From the IMG/VR virus record IMGVR_UViG_3300047552_000145, positions 1-64,000 of that record: a stretch of DNA of 64,000 nt. One strand, given 5' to 3'. The first letter of the stretch is position 1. Each line of letters opens with the position of its first letter. The notes under the pieces are model-generated. The model worked only from the letters and a program-made list of their open reading frames with translations, made no database searches and was not told the DNA's origin. This stretch comes from a virus. The position numbers and the translations under genes were made by a program. Positions 36,361 to 47,944 of this stretch are shown piece by piece.

Positions 36361-36825
36361 ATGAACGAACAAATTAAACAAGGTAGCGAAGTATGCCCAA
36401 AGGGTTGGGTTACTGTCACTAAAACAAACGAATCAGGTCAAATTACTGAACAGTTCGAAGTACCTAACCTAGTTGTTACAACTGGTAAGGTTTACATCGC
36501 TGGTAAAATGATTGCGACTAACGCTGACGTTCCAGTTGCTATGACTCATATGGGTATTGGTACTGGTACTGCTTCTCCGCTAGCAGAAGACACTACACTA
36601 GGCACTCAAACTGGTCGTGTTCTATTGTCTGGTAACATCCAAGAAAACAACTCTATCACTTATACTGCTACATTCCCAGCAGGTACTGGTACTGGTGCTA
36701 TTACTGAAGCTGGTATTTTCAACGCTTCTACTAACGGTACAATGCTTTGCCGTACAGTGTTCCCAGTTGTTACTAAGCAAGCTGGTGATACTATCGCTAT
36801 CACTTGGAAAGTTACAGTAAGTTAA
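36361..36825 (+). CDS. virion structural protein
   Basis: NLVVTTG, GTG..TEAG.F, ML.RT.F.V..K, ITW; SD AAGGAG; CTAAATA at 36219. Confidence 0.75.
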   Translation: MNEQIKQGSEVCPKGWVTVTKTNESGQITEQFEVPNLVVTTGKVYIAGKMIATNADVPVAMTHMGIGTGTASPLAEDTTLGTQTGRVLLSGNIQENNSITYTATFPAGTGTGAITEAGIFNASTNGTMLCRTVFPVVTKQAGDTIAITWKVTVS

Positions 36826-36873
36826 TCTAAGTTTTTCTATATTATAATAAGTTAAACTATCGACGGAATAAAA

Positions 36874-39800
36874 ATGGCAGATACAAAATTAGTAAAATCG
36901 ATCTTATTTAAAGCACTCGCTGAGGGTGTTTATAGAGACGTTGTTACGAAGTCTTCTTCATACTACTACTTTCTAGGTCAAACTTTACAGTGGGTTGACG
37001 AGAACAATCCACCATCGCCTGTTGATAGTTTAACATACGATCACGAAGTTCGTAATGAGATTATTACAATTAAAGAAATCAAACCATCGGACGTTGCATT
37101 CGTTGTAAAGCGTAGAGATTGGGCGTCTGATGTAGTATATGATATGTACGATGACCGTTACTCTGATGAAGTTCTTGGTTTGAACATTACATCTGGTGGC
37201 GCTGGTTACATCAACTTAAACGACATTTCTATCACCATAGAAGGTGGTGGCGGATCAGGAGCAACTGCCGTTGTTTCTGAATTGACTGGTTCTTCTATTT
37301 CTGGCGTTGTTCTAACCAACCCAGGGACTGGATATACTTCTGAACCAACAGTAACTGTTACATCGGCTTCTGGAACTGGTTGTGTTATGAAAGCCGTAAT
37401 CGGTATTTCATCTACTGGCGTTCAAAAGATTGAACAGGCTGCCTTCTATGTTGTTACTGACGAATACAACGTGTATAAGTGTTTGGATAATAACAATGGT
37501 GCGCTTTCTAAAGTAAAACCTTCTGGCACTCAACTAGATCCAATCAAAACTATTGATGGTTACATTTGGAAGTTCATGTATAACATTCCAATTAACCTCC
37601 GTAACAAATTCTATACCGATGAATATATCCCTGTGGTTTCAGCTTTGACTAACCACTTCTATTCAAACGGCACAATTGACAACGTGTACATCACCAACCG
37701 TGGTGAAAATTATTCAAGCGCAATCGTTTCTGTGACGGGTGATGGGTATAGAGAATCTGACCCTATTCTTATTACACGAGCAACTGTCGTTAATGAAGGT
37801 ACTGGTTATTCTGAAGGCGCAACTATTGAGTTTGCCCCTCCGTTTACATCATTCTCGCCATATATCCCAAGCGGTTCTGTAAACCTTGGTCAAATTATTA
37901 AAAACAGTTATGATGACTTCTATGAAGTTTCTACTCCTGGTCAAATGGGACCAGTGCAACCAAGTCATAAGTTTGGTACTGTTCTAAGCGGAACGTCAGC
38001 GTTAAAATATCGTGGTACTACTATGCGTGGTACATTGACATTGAGAAATGACAAGAATATTACAGCTATCAATATCTTGAGCGGAGGTTCTGCATATACA
38101 TTACCTCCAATTATTTCCGTTGATGACCCAACTGGGCAAGGCGTGCAAGCTACTGCTATCATTGGAGACTCTTCTATTAGTTCTATCACAATTGATAACA
38201 ACAGTTCAAACCACAATTATGTTTCTCCAATTCTAACAGTTGTTGGTGGTGGCGGTTCTGGTGCTATTCTGCAACCAGTTCTAGTCAACGGTGATATTGA
38301 TGAAGTTGTTGTAGTTTCTGGTGGCCAAGGGTATACTGAAGTGCCAACAATTCGCATAGAAGACGTTTCTGGCGCTGGTTGCACAATGACTGCAGTATTA
38401 TCAGGTTCACCTATTTTAGAAATTTTAGTTGTAGATGGCGGTGAAGGATATACCGATCCAGAAGTTGTAATCACTCCTGCTCCTGGTGATGTTGGTTTCG
38501 GGGCTATTGCTGCAGCGACTGTTGAAACTGGTGTTATTGATGATGTATCATTGGTTGGTAGCGTCCGCGAAGTTGTATTGATTAGTTCTGGTTCTGGTTA
38601 TTTAAAACCACCAGAAGTTACAATTAGTGGCGGTGGCGGAAACTACGCTGTCGTTCGTTCTAAGTTGTATGCCGACAAGGTTATCTCAACAAACGTTATT
38701 AACGCTGGTGAAAATTATCTTGGTACGCCAGATGTTACTTTTGGTACACCGTGGTCTCAAGGTCTAGAAGTTTATACAAATGACCAGTTTTCTAATGGTT
38801 CTAACTTGTACACTGTTGTTGAAGGTGGCTTCTTCGGTCACGTTTCTCCATCTTGGAATAGCGGCACTCAGTATACTTCTGTCCCATGGGCTGCAACTAC
38901 TGAAGTGTTTGAAGGTGAAACTGTATACCAAGAAATTTCTGGTGTAAAACACTTATACTTAATCCTAGAAGATGGTTATACAAGCACTACTTCTCCTGAT
39001 TTTACTTCTGGTGATGGTGCTGGAGCAACATATGGTGTTGGTTTAAGATATGTTGGTATTGTTGCAAGTTTAAGACGCGATGGTTCTGTTGCAACTGGTT
39101 ATGCTGTTATGCGTTACGGTGCAGGTTATTCTGTAACTCCAGCAGTTAATATCATTGACCCTAACGGTTCAGGGGCAGAGATTAACTTCTTTACTGCTAA
39201 GTCTGAAGCTAAGATTTCAGCGATTACCGAAAACGGACAAATTATTTACTTGGTTATCGACGATCCTGGAGTTGGTTATACTAAAGCAACTCTAAGTGTT
39301 ACTGGTGATGGTCAAGGAGCATTGTTGACGGCTGACTTGTCTCTTGGAGCTATTTCTTCACAACAGGCAAATAACGAAATCTTAACGCCAGCTGGTACTA
39401 TTGATGCGATTGCTATTGTTTCTGGCGGTTATTCTTATGGTGTTGCTAACATCCTTATTGAAGGTGACGGTACTGGCGCGACTGCAAAAGCTATCATTGA
39501 CCCAATCACTCAAGCTATCACTAAAGTTCAAATCGTAACTAGAGGTGAAGGATATACATACGCTAATATTAAAGTTATTGGTAACGGATCTGGTGCTAAT
39601 CTAAGAGCTATCATTTCCCCATATGGTGGCCACGGTAAGAGTTCCCCTGAAGAATTGTATGCGACTAATTTGATGTTCTATACTAACATTTCTAACGACC
39701 TTAACCAAGGTGTTGTTGTTGGTAACGACTATCGTCAAGTTGGTATCATTAAAGACCCTCGCGTATTTGATGGTTTTGAACGTTTCCAAGGTTCTTTAGG

Positions 39801-40311
39801 TTCAGCTTGTTTTATCGTTCAAGCTCCTGTTAATATCCAAAGATTCTCTAAAGACGAGGATCTATACATTGAACGTATTACTCACCCAGATATTGAATGG
39901 GCACCTTCTCTATTGTTGAATACTGGCGATTTTATTTGGACAGACGAAAGAATCTATGCTGTTGCTGAAGGTGGCGTTGCGGGTTCTTCTGCTCCCACTT
40001 CTACAACTGGCACTGAAACAAACGGTTTCGCGAAGTTAAACTATGTTGGCTCAACTAAACAGAAAAAGCGTTACAGAATCGTTTCTCTATCTTCTGCCTT
40101 TGCCTTGGTTCAATCCCTGGATAGCGATATCCCAGAGTCTAATGACGTATTCATTAGAACTAGTAACATCTCTGACAACTTTACTGCTATTTCTGTTGGT
40201 ATGCCCAACTTTGATAAGTTCTCTGGTCAGGTATTGTACATCGACAACAAACAAGGTTTCACTCCATCTGGCGATGAAACTATCACACTACGAACAATTG
40301 TTCAATTTTAA
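36874..40311 (+). CDS. gp8: baseplate wedge gp8-like, expanded by repeats
   Basis: R.DW....YDMYDD, FYV.TDE.NVYKCLDNN, DGY.WK.MY, GGHG.....EL, NDYRQ.GI..DP, SG..LY.DN; many GGSGY/GSGA repeats inserted. Confidence 0.82.
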   Translation: MADTKLVKSILFKALAEGVYRDVVTKSSSYYYFLGQTLQWVDENNPPSPVDSLTYDHEVRNEIITIKEIKPSDVAFVVKRRDWASDVVYDMYDDRYSDEVLGLNITSGGAGYINLNDISITIEGGGGSGATAVVSELTGSSISGVVLTNPGTGYTSEPTVTVTSASGTGCVMKAVIGISSTGVQKIEQAAFYVVTDEYNVYKCLDNNNGALSKVKPSGTQLDPIKTIDGYIWKFMYNIPINLRNKFYTDEYIPVVSALTNHFYSNGTIDNVYITNRGENYSSAIVSVTGDGYRESDPILITRATVVNEGTGYSEGATIEFAPPFTSFSPYIPSGSVNLGQIIKNSYDDFYEVSTPGQMGPVQPSHKFGTVLSGTSALKYRGTTMRGTLTLRNDKNITAINILSGGSAYTLPPIISVDDPTGQGVQATAIIGDSSISSITIDNNSSNHNYVSPILTVVGGGGSGAILQPVLVNGDIDEVVVVSGGQGYTEVPTIRIEDVSGAGCTMTAVLSGSPILEILVVDGGEGYTDPEVVITPAPGDVGFGAIAAATVETGVIDDVSLVGSVREVVLISSGSGYLKPPEVTISGGGGNYAVVRSKLYADKVISTNVINAGENYLGTPDVTFGTPWSQGLEVYTNDQFSNGSNLYTVVEGGFFGHVSPSWNSGTQYTSVPWAATTEVFEGETVYQEISGVKHLYLILEDGYTSTTSPDFTSGDGAGATYGVGLRYVGIVASLRRDGSVATGYAVMRYGAGYSVTPAVNIIDPNGSGAEINFFTAKSEAKISAITENGQIIYLVIDDPGVGYTKATLSVTGDGQGALLTADLSLGAISSQQANNEILTPAGTIDAIAIVSGGYSYGVANILIEGDGTGATAKAIIDPITQAITKVQIVTRGEGYTYANIKVIGNGSGANLRAIISPYGGHGKSSPEELYATNLMFYTNISNDLNQGVVVGNDYRQVGIIKDPRVFDGFERFQGSLGSACFIVQAPVNIQRFSKDEDLYIERITHPDIEWAPSLLLNTGDFIWTDERIYAVAEGGVAGSSAPTSTTGTETNGFAKLNYVGSTKQKKRYRIVSLSSAFALVQSLDSDIPESNDVFIRTSNISDNFTAISVGMPNFDKFSGQVLYIDNKQGFTPSGDETITLRTIVQF

Positions 40312-40359
40312 TACACTAAATAATAGAGTTATTGTTTAACTTTTAAAGAGACAAAAAGA

Positions 40360-43300
40360 ATGGCACTTGATTTTAACACAGAACCGTACTTTGACGATTA
40401 CGACGCTAAGAAAGACTTTTATCGCGTTCTGTTCCGCCCGAGCTATGCGGTGCAGGCACGTGAACTTACACAATTGCAGACGATTCTGCAAAATCAAGTT
40501 TCTCGTTTCGGCGATCACGTATTTAAAAATGGTTCTCAAGTAATCCCAGGTTCAGTGAACGTAGATAATAAGGTTCACTTCATTAAACTTGAGCAGTTTA
40601 CAGGTACGGTTGATGTTTCCACTTATATTGAAACATTCAAGAACAAGATTATCACTGGAGAAACATCTGGTGTTAAAATGCGTGTTCTTGACACTTCTGG
40701 TGGTTCTGCAGTTGTTGATCAACTGAACGTACCAACTCTATACTGTAAGATTGAAGGTACTGCCGACGATACTATTACTAATCGTTTGCAACCAGGCGAA
40801 AACATTATCGCTTACACTGAAGATAACTTAATCTCCACAAACTTCCGTCTAACGGAAGACCAACTTACAGATATTACAGCTGTTATTAAGTTGACTGGTT
40901 CTGCTTCCGAGACTCCAACAACTTATACTAATAACGCTTCTTCTGACGTTATCGGTTACGGTTACAGCGTCGACGTTGGTGCTGGTATTTACTACGTTGA
41001 TGGAACTTTCGTTCGTAACGACGATCTAAAATTATATGTAAGCCGATTCAACAACACGCCAACTTGCCGTGTTGGTTTCAAAGTAACTGAAGAAACAGTT
41101 GCACCAGAAGATGATGAATCTATCTTAGACAACGCCACTGGTTCTTACAACTTCGCGGCACCTGGCGCACACCGTTATAAAATATCTCTATCTCTAGTTA
41201 AGCTACCGCTGACTGGTAAGGATACATTCAAGTTTGTTGAACTAGTTCGTATCGTTGATGGTCGCGTCCACCAGAAAATTACAAATAGTTCTTACGCCGA
41301 ACTAGAGAAGTCTCTCGCTCGTCGTACATATGATGAGTCTGGTAACTATGAAGTTAACAAGTTTAAGTTATCTGTTCGTGAACACCTGAATGATGGTATC
41401 AACCAAGGTATCTACACCCCATTAGCTGATGGTACACTTCCAATCGAAGGTGTTACTTATGGTGATGAGAACAAATTCTGTCTAGTTGTAGATCCAGGCA
41501 AAGCATATATCCAAGGTTATGAGATTGAATCTTCAGCCTCTCAATTTGTTAACTTCAACAAAGCTCGCGAGATTAATGGAGTTGAGGGTAATCACATCCA
41601 ACGTACTGATCAACAAACTGTTGGTCTAAATCTTGGTAGCTATGTAGAAATTAAGAATCTTTATAATATTCCAGATATCCTGAACTATGAAAAGGTATAT
41701 CTAACAAAAGTTCTACAACCACGTGTTGCTCAAGCAACATGTACAGTTAACCCATCAACAGGCGCATTGACGTCAGTTACTTTGGTTGATGGCGGTTCTG
41801 GTTATACTGCTGGATGGGATGAAAGCACTCCAGGATGGGCTACTCACTTTTCTGTTGTTTACAGAACTAGTAACGCACCAACAACTCCAGCTAAACTAAA
41901 CGTAACTGTAACAAACGGTAAGATTACTAACATTGCTATCGCGGATGCTGGCGCAGGATATAGTGCTTCTGTTCCACCTGAAATCCGCTTAGACTACAAC
42001 TCTAACATACCACTCGGCATTCAACCATCACAATCTAACATTGTAGGTACTGCACGTGTTAGAGGTATTCAACTATCTGATATTGATGCTTCTATTCCAA
42101 CTAATTCTGTATACAAACTAGGTTTGTTTGACATTAAGATGTTCGAAGGGCAGTCTTTCGAGCGTGATGTTAAATCTGTGGTTGGTTTAGGTGTTACTGA
42201 GAATTTCGCTTGCGATATTTCACCATCAACATATGCAATTCCAGGAACTGCTTCTTCAACTTCTGGTAACACTATTGTTACAGGTCAAGGAACAGTTTTC
42301 AACTCAACAATTAAGGTTGGGGACATTGTATTCTTGAATGATGTTTTCATTGGAACTGTTGCTACAACATCAGGTACTGTTAACGGCACTGAGCTTGGAA
42401 ACTTTGCATTCCAATTGTCTGGTAACGCACCAGTAAGTATTGCAAACGCACGTATCACAGTATTCAGCACTAAGCTAAACCTACCAACTTTTGAATCTTT
42501 ACTATTCCCAGTTGGTCAAAACAACATCAAGACTCTACGTGGCTACTTGAACGGCGCTGATAGTTTCAAGAACAGCAGCATCATCGTTCGCCGTCAGTTT
42601 GAAGTTCGTTCTTCTACAAGTAACTCTGTAACTTGGGATCTAACTGCTGACAATGAAAACTTCTTGTCTGATCAAGATGATTCTAACTACTTGTTAGTCA
42701 ACGTTGATTCTGGTCTTCCAGTTTACTGGACAGTTGATGATACTTCTAAGGTTTATGTTTCTTTCGACAACGACGAGAATCGTACAGAAGTTACATTTAA
42801 CAACGTTCCACCAGGACAGAACTATTACTTGATCGCTTCTGTTCTTCAATATTCTAACTCTGCCCAAGAAGCTGTTAAGTCTCTGAACAAGACAGGTTCT
42901 ATGGAGATCGAGAACAAGAAGATTGTAAACTCAAATACTATTGATTTGGCGCACGCTGACATCTTCAAACTAGTAAGCGTTGAAATGACGCCAGACGATG
43001 GTACTTACACTTTCAACGAAGATAACGTTGTAGATATTACTGATCGTTATACTTTGGACAACGGTCAACGTTCTTCTTACTACACTTATGGCGCATTGAA
43101 CCTGAAGCCAGGACAACCTGTACCAAATGGTCCAATCCGTATTAAGTACTGGTATTTCACTTATTCTAAGTCTGGCGGCAACGGTGGTAACTACTTCTCT
43201 GTAGACTCATATACTATCGGCACAAACGGAGTTAAGTATGAAGAAATCCCATCATACTTCACAACAGACGCTGTGACTGGTAAGACTAAAGAAGTTAGTT

Positions 43301-46300
43301 TGACTGACGTTGTTGACTTCCGTCCAGTTCTAACTGCACCTTCTGCTAACGCATGGAACCCAGAGCTACCTATGCTTGGTTCTGATATGGCTTGCCCTCG
43401 TGCAAACTATGTTGGTCGTATCGATAAAGTTGCTCTTGACTCTTTCGGTAAGTTTAACATCATCACTGGCGTTCCTGCTGAAATCCCTAAAGAACCAGAT
43501 GATCCAAAAGAAGGTATGGTTCTTGCAACAGTTACAGTTCCACCATACACTAAGTCTGTTAAAGACGTCACTGTTACTCAACGAGACAATCGTCGTTACA
43601 CAATGCGCGATATTGGTCGTTTAGAACGTCGTATCAACAAACTAGAATATTATGTAACTCTTTCTCTACTTGAGAAGGATACTGCTCAACTTTCTATCGT
43701 TGACGAGACTACTGGTCTAGATCGTTTCAAGAACGGTTTTATCGTTGACCAATTTACTGGTCACGGTGTCGGTGATGTTAAACATGAAGACTATCGCGTG
43801 TCAGTTGATTCTAAGAATAAGATTCTACGCCCAATGCACTACACTAACGCAGTTGAGTTGGTTGAAGACTTAACTTCTGGTGCTGACCGTGCTAACAAGA
43901 CTTACCAAAAAACTGGTGACCTTATCACCCTTCCATATGCTGAACAAGATTATATCTTCAACGCCAATGCTACACGCACAATGGACGTTCGCGCAATCTC
44001 TATGGGTGCATTCAAAGGTCAAGTTCAGTTGTATCCAGAAGGTGACAACTGGAAGTCTGTAAACCGTCGTCCAGACCTAACTGTTGTTGACGATAACAAC
44101 TACGATGCGATCAAGTTTATCGCTGACTATACTGGCGTGACTGGTACTGATTGGAATGAGTGGCAAACTCACTGGACTTCAATCACAACTACAACATCAG
44201 AATATCGCTCTGGCAACACTCAGTATGAAGCCACAACTACAAATTACAGTGGTTACAATGACCGTTCTGGTGTAACAACTACTCTAACTTCTTCTGTTAA
44301 CACTCAGTCTTACGGCGACCGTGTTGTGGATATGTCTTATATCCCTTACATGAGAGCAAGACCAGTTACTTTTGTTGCCCAAAACCTGAAGCCAACTACT
44401 CGCTTCTATCCATTCTTTGACAAGATTCCAGTTAAAGAATATGTGAAGCCAGCTGATGTGTTTAAAGTAACACGTGTTTCTAACTCTCTAATGTCTTTTG
44501 AGTTGGCAGATCTTCAAAACAACGTTCTAACTGACGACCCACGCCGTGCGTTTGATGGTACTGTATACAGAACAGTTGTTGGTGAAACTGGTAGCCGTGT
44601 TGAGCCAGCGTTTGGTTTTGGTGATGTTATTGCAAACACAACTCACACTGCAATCAACATTGTTTCTATCGCTAACCTAACTTCCCCAGCTACAACATTC
44701 ACAATGGTTGTATCTGACACTAGCAACTTGTTTGTTGGTAACCACGTTGTTCTTTACAACCTAAACTACCACAACTCAACTCCAGTTACACGTTGGCAAG
44801 ATTACTCTGGTACAGTTATTCCAGTAAGTAATAAACTTATCAATCCAGCTGCAAGCTCTAAACAACTTAACTTGAAAACTTTCAAGATTGTTGGCATCAA
44901 CGGTGGCACTTTAACTCTTGGTAACATTGATGGTTCTTCCATCGAAGCGTTTGATGCGTATTCTACTGCATCATATGACGATAACCAAAGAGGTCGTTTA
45001 TACCGTTTGAAGGCTTCTGGTGTCGTTGCTTATGGTGGAACAATTCACAGTTCAGATACTATTGGACCAATCCAACAAGATATTCACATCGTTAACATCA
45101 AGAACGGTTTTGGTGTCGGTGAAACATTAACTGGTACTGTTACAATTGGTTCTACTGGTAACTATAACGGTTTTGTTGTTAATGAGATCAATGGCGCGAC
45201 TACTGGCTTCACTATGAAGAGTATCGGCGATCACAATACAACTGACGTTGACGGTTCTGTTGTTGGTGTATTCTTTATCCCAGAAACTGATGCTTTGGCA
45301 TTCCGTACTGGCGAGCGTACATTCAAACTAACAGATAACCTATCTGATAGTAGCGCACAGTTCGACTCTTCAGGTTCTGCTGTTTACTACGCACAAGGTA
45401 TCGCTCTTGACAAAGAACGTACTGTTGTTTCTACTCGTGCTGCGCAGTTTATCCAATCTGCTGCATACGAAAACACACGCGACCAAGGTCTACCACCAGT
45501 TCGCCGTTCTACAACTTCTACTCGTGTTCTATACCAATATAGCACTGACCCATTGGCTCAGACTTTCGTGGTTAACAATCCAGGTGGTGCGTTTGTAACT
45601 TCTATTGACCTATACTTCTCTGAAGCTGGTCGTCGTCCAGTTGCTCTAGAACTTCGCCCAACTGATAATGGCGTTCCTTCTTCTACTAAGGTTATTCCGT
45701 TCTCTCAAGTTGTAAGAACTCCTTCTGAGATCGTTGTTTCTGAAGACAGCTCTAAACCAACTCAGTTCAAGTTCAGATCTCCAATCTATCTACAAGATAA
45801 CGAAACTTATGCGTTCGTTGTTATGACTGACGAGCCAGGTGCCCAAATGTGGGTTTCTGAGATGGGTCAGAAGGATATCTTGACAGGTAACACTATTGCT
45901 GGACAACCTCTAACTGGTTCTCTGTATGCTTCTCAGAACGCCCAAGAATGGGAAATCCATACTCTATTGGATATTAAGTTCGTCTTGCGCACAGCTAAGT
46001 TTAACACTAACGTTCAATCTGAACTGTTCTTGAAGAACTCACCACCAGATAACATTGGTCTAGATAGCAATCCATTCACTATTACTAATGGTGTGACGAA
46101 GGTTCGCATTAAAGCTAGAAATCATGGTTTAATGGCTGGCCAAACTGTAACTATCAGCGGTGTACCGCAAGGTTTCCATGGTTCGATTGATTTAACAAAG
46201 GGTATCCCAGATACCATGTTGAATGCTACGCATACAGTATTGTCTGAAGGTCTAGATAAAGATAGCTTTATCATTCAACTGACTACAACTGAAGCTGGCT

Positions 46301-47694
46301 CTGGTAACAACCTATTGTCTGGAACAACTGCAGACTTTACTACTGGTCAATATGGTGGAAATTCTGTTTCCATTACACGTGGTCTATTCATGGACGACTT
46401 ATATTTAAAGACTTCAGACTTGGTGTTCACTGATACCAAGATTGACTACTATGCTAAGACAATGAACACTAATAGTGTCATCGGTTCTTATCTACCAGTT
46501 GTTGCAAATAGTGATAATAACTTTACCACACGCATGATGATCCCTGCATTAGAAAATTATAATACTGTTAATAACGTTAAGGTGGCTCCTCTGCAAATTA
46601 AAGCAGTTATGTCTTCATCTAACCCTAACGTGTCTCCAGTTATCGACTTACAACAATTGTCTGGTTTCGCGGTTTCTAATTTGATCAACAATACTTCTGC
46701 TTCTGAATTGAACGTTGCTGATATTGATACTCGTGTGTTGTTAACTGCAAACGATATCGTAACTGCCGACACGGAAGAACAAGGTACTGGTAATCTTACA
46801 ACAGCTAGCACTTCTAGCACTTCTATCACTGGTACTGATACATTGTTTAGATCTCAAGTATTCCCAGGTAACAAACTATACAGAAAGAGCGATAACCAAC
46901 TAATTGGTACTGTTTCTACTGTTAGCGGAACTGTTGATACTAGCTTAACTCTTACTGCTAACTCCCTAATTGATATTAGCGGTGCAACTGAGTTTATCAT
47001 TCAAGCTAACCCAACTCTATCTTTCGCGAATAACGCTGATGGATTAGGTAAGATTAGCACTAACATTGATACTGCAGATAACCTATTGTCTTCAGCGAGC
47101 GTTGGTAAGGTAATGATTATCACTGGTGTTGACGGTGATGCTGTATCTCCAAAACTAATCGACGGTACTTACACAATTACTGATGTTCAAGTTATCGAAG
47201 ACAGAACTGTTTATGCTGGTAACTCTGAAGGTGATATCTGTATCATTACTCTAGATCGCGGTTTCGGTACTACTGCCACTATCGACATGATCACTGACGG
47301 TAATTTCAATATCTCTATCTTGGATAAATATGTTGATGATACTGCACCATATGGAGCTTCTAACAATGCTAACTACATTACAAGAACTCTATCTCTAGCT
47401 GAACCAGCGGAAGTTATCAAAGTTATTTTTGATGCAAATATTCCAAACAGCACTGAGATCAAGGTGTATTACAGAACTTGGACTGGCAACGACGTTGATT
47501 TGAGAAAGCTACGTTGGAATGATACTGGTTACGTGAGCGATGCTAAAGACGTAAGTAGCGATTTCGTTGAACGTGAAATCACTAAGTCTGGTGTCCCATC
47601 ATTCAACAACGTACAAATCAAAATTGTTATGAAGTCTACTAGACCTGTTGCTGTTCCTAAGATTAAAAACCTAAGAGTATTGGCGCTTACATAA
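40360..47694 (+). CDS. very large virion structural protein (DUF4815/VrlC-like)
   Basis: PYFDD....K.FYRVLFRP...VQARELTQ.Q, DNA.G..N.AAPGA.R, RTYDESGNY, RFKNGF.VD.F, DPLAQTF; CTAAATA at 40316. Confidence 0.85.
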   Translation: MALDFNTEPYFDDYDAKKDFYRVLFRPSYAVQARELTQLQTILQNQVSRFGDHVFKNGSQVIPGSVNVDNKVHFIKLEQFTGTVDVSTYIETFKNKIITGETSGVKMRVLDTSGGSAVVDQLNVPTLYCKIEGTADDTITNRLQPGENIIAYTEDNLISTNFRLTEDQLTDITAVIKLTGSASETPTTYTNNASSDVIGYGYSVDVGAGIYYVDGTFVRNDDLKLYVSRFNNTPTCRVGFKVTEETVAPEDDESILDNATGSYNFAAPGAHRYKISLSLVKLPLTGKDTFKFVELVRIVDGRVHQKITNSSYAELEKSLARRTYDESGNYEVNKFKLSVREHLNDGINQGIYTPLADGTLPIEGVTYGDENKFCLVVDPGKAYIQGYEIESSASQFVNFNKAREINGVEGNHIQRTDQQTVGLNLGSYVEIKNLYNIPDILNYEKVYLTKVLQPRVAQATCTVNPSTGALTSVTLVDGGSGYTAGWDESTPGWATHFSVVYRTSNAPTTPAKLNVTVTNGKITNIAIADAGAGYSASVPPEIRLDYNSNIPLGIQPSQSNIVGTARVRGIQLSDIDASIPTNSVYKLGLFDIKMFEGQSFERDVKSVVGLGVTENFACDISPSTYAIPGTASSTSGNTIVTGQGTVFNSTIKVGDIVFLNDVFIGTVATTSGTVNGTELGNFAFQLSGNAPVSIANARITVFSTKLNLPTFESLLFPVGQNNIKTLRGYLNGADSFKNSSIIVRRQFEVRSSTSNSVTWDLTADNENFLSDQDDSNYLLVNVDSGLPVYWTVDDTSKVYVSFDNDENRTEVTFNNVPPGQNYYLIASVLQYSNSAQEAVKSLNKTGSMEIENKKIVNSNTIDLAHADIFKLVSVEMTPDDGTYTFNEDNVVDITDRYTLDNGQRSSYYTYGALNLKPGQPVPNGPIRIKYWYFTYSKSGGNGGNYFSVDSYTIGTNGVKYEEIPSYFTTDAVTGKTKEVSLTDVVDFRPVLTAPSANAWNPELPMLGSDMACPRANYVGRIDKVALDSFGKFNIITGVPAEIPKEPDDPKEGMVLATVTVPPYTKSVKDVTVTQRDNRRYTMRDIGRLERRINKLEYYVTLSLLEKDTAQLSIVDETTGLDRFKNGFIVDQFTGHGVGDVKHEDYRVSVDSKNKILRPMHYTNAVELVEDLTSGADRANKTYQKTGDLITLPYAEQDYIFNANATRTMDVRAISMGAFKGQVQLYPEGDNWKSVNRRPDLTVVDDNNYDAIKFIADYTGVTGTDWNEWQTHWTSITTTTSEYRSGNTQYEATTTNYSGYNDRSGVTTTLTSSVNTQSYGDRVVDMSYIPYMRARPVTFVAQNLKPTTRFYPFFDKIPVKEYVKPADVFKVTRVSNSLMSFELADLQNNVLTDDPRRAFDGTVYRTVVGETGSRVEPAFGFGDVIANTTHTAINIVSIANLTSPATTFTMVVSDTSNLFVGNHVVLYNLNYHNSTPVTRWQDYSGTVIPVSNKLINPAASSKQLNLKTFKIVGINGGTLTLGNIDGSSIEAFDAYSTASYDDNQRGRLYRLKASGVVAYGGTIHSSDTIGPIQQDIHIVNIKNGFGVGETLTGTVTIGSTGNYNGFVVNEINGATTGFTMKSIGDHNTTDVDGSVVGVFFIPETDALAFRTGERTFKLTDNLSDSSAQFDSSGSAVYYAQGIALDKERTVVSTRAAQFIQSAAYENTRDQGLPPVRRSTTSTRVLYQYSTDPLAQTFVVNNPGGAFVTSIDLYFSEAGRRPVALELRPTDNGVPSSTKVIPFSQVVRTPSEIVVSEDSSKPTQFKFRSPIYLQDNETYAFVVMTDEPGAQMWVSEMGQKDILTGNTIAGQPLTGSLYASQNAQEWEIHTLLDIKFVLRTAKFNTNVQSELFLKNSPPDNIGLDSNPFTITNGVTKVRIKARNHGLMAGQTVTISGVPQGFHGSIDLTKGIPDTMLNATHTVLSEGLDKDSFIIQLTTTEAGSGNNLLSGTTADFTTGQYGGNSVSITRGLFMDDLYLKTSDLVFTDTKIDYYAKTMNTNSVIGSYLPVVANSDNNFTTRMMIPALENYNTVNNVKVAPLQIKAVMSSSNPNVSPVIDLQQLSGFAVSNLINNTSASELNVADIDTRVLLTANDIVTADTEEQGTGNLTTASTSSTSITGTDTLFRSQVFPGNKLYRKSDNQLIGTVSTVSGTVDTSLTLTANSLIDISGATEFIIQANPTLSFANNADGLGKISTNIDTADNLLSSASVGKVMIITGVDGDAVSPKLIDGTYTITDVQVIEDRTVYAGNSEGDICIITLDRGFGTTATIDMITDGNFNISILDKYVDDTAPYGASNNANYITRTLSLAEPAEVIKVIFDANIPNSTEIKVYYRTWTGNDVDLRKLRWNDTGYVSDAKDVSSDFVEREITKSGVPSFNNVQIKIVMKSTRPVAVPKIKNLRVLALT

Positions 47695-47695
47695 A

Positions 47696-47944
47696 ATGAG
47701 TTTAGAAAAAGTTGAGGGATATACCCATCTTAGAAAAGACACCTCCTCTGGAGGTGTCGTAAATATTGATAAAAAGTCTTTCGCTTCATATAAGACGCAA
47801 AGACTTTTTGCTCTTCAAAAACAAGAAGAAACTAAACATACAATTGATTCTGTAACTAAGTTAGAAACAGAAATAAATAATATCAAGAGCGACATGCAAG
47901 ACATCAAGGTTATGTTGATGTCATTACTAGAAAAAGGTAAATAA
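47696..47944 (+). CDS. conserved small coiled-coil virion-associated protein
   Basis: KVEG...L.KD..SG.V.N then coiled coil; common position after the DUF4815 gene. Confidence 0.7.
   Translation: MSLEKVEGYTHLRKDTSSGGVVNIDKKSFASYKTQRLFALQKQEETKHTIDSVTKLETEINNIKSDMQDIKVMLMSLLEKGK

Noticed and set aside
40360-47694. Intein or intron explaining the very long ORF
   Set aside because: No splice-junction or LAGLIDADG/HNH motifs noticed; the extra length looks like repeated beta-rich inserts
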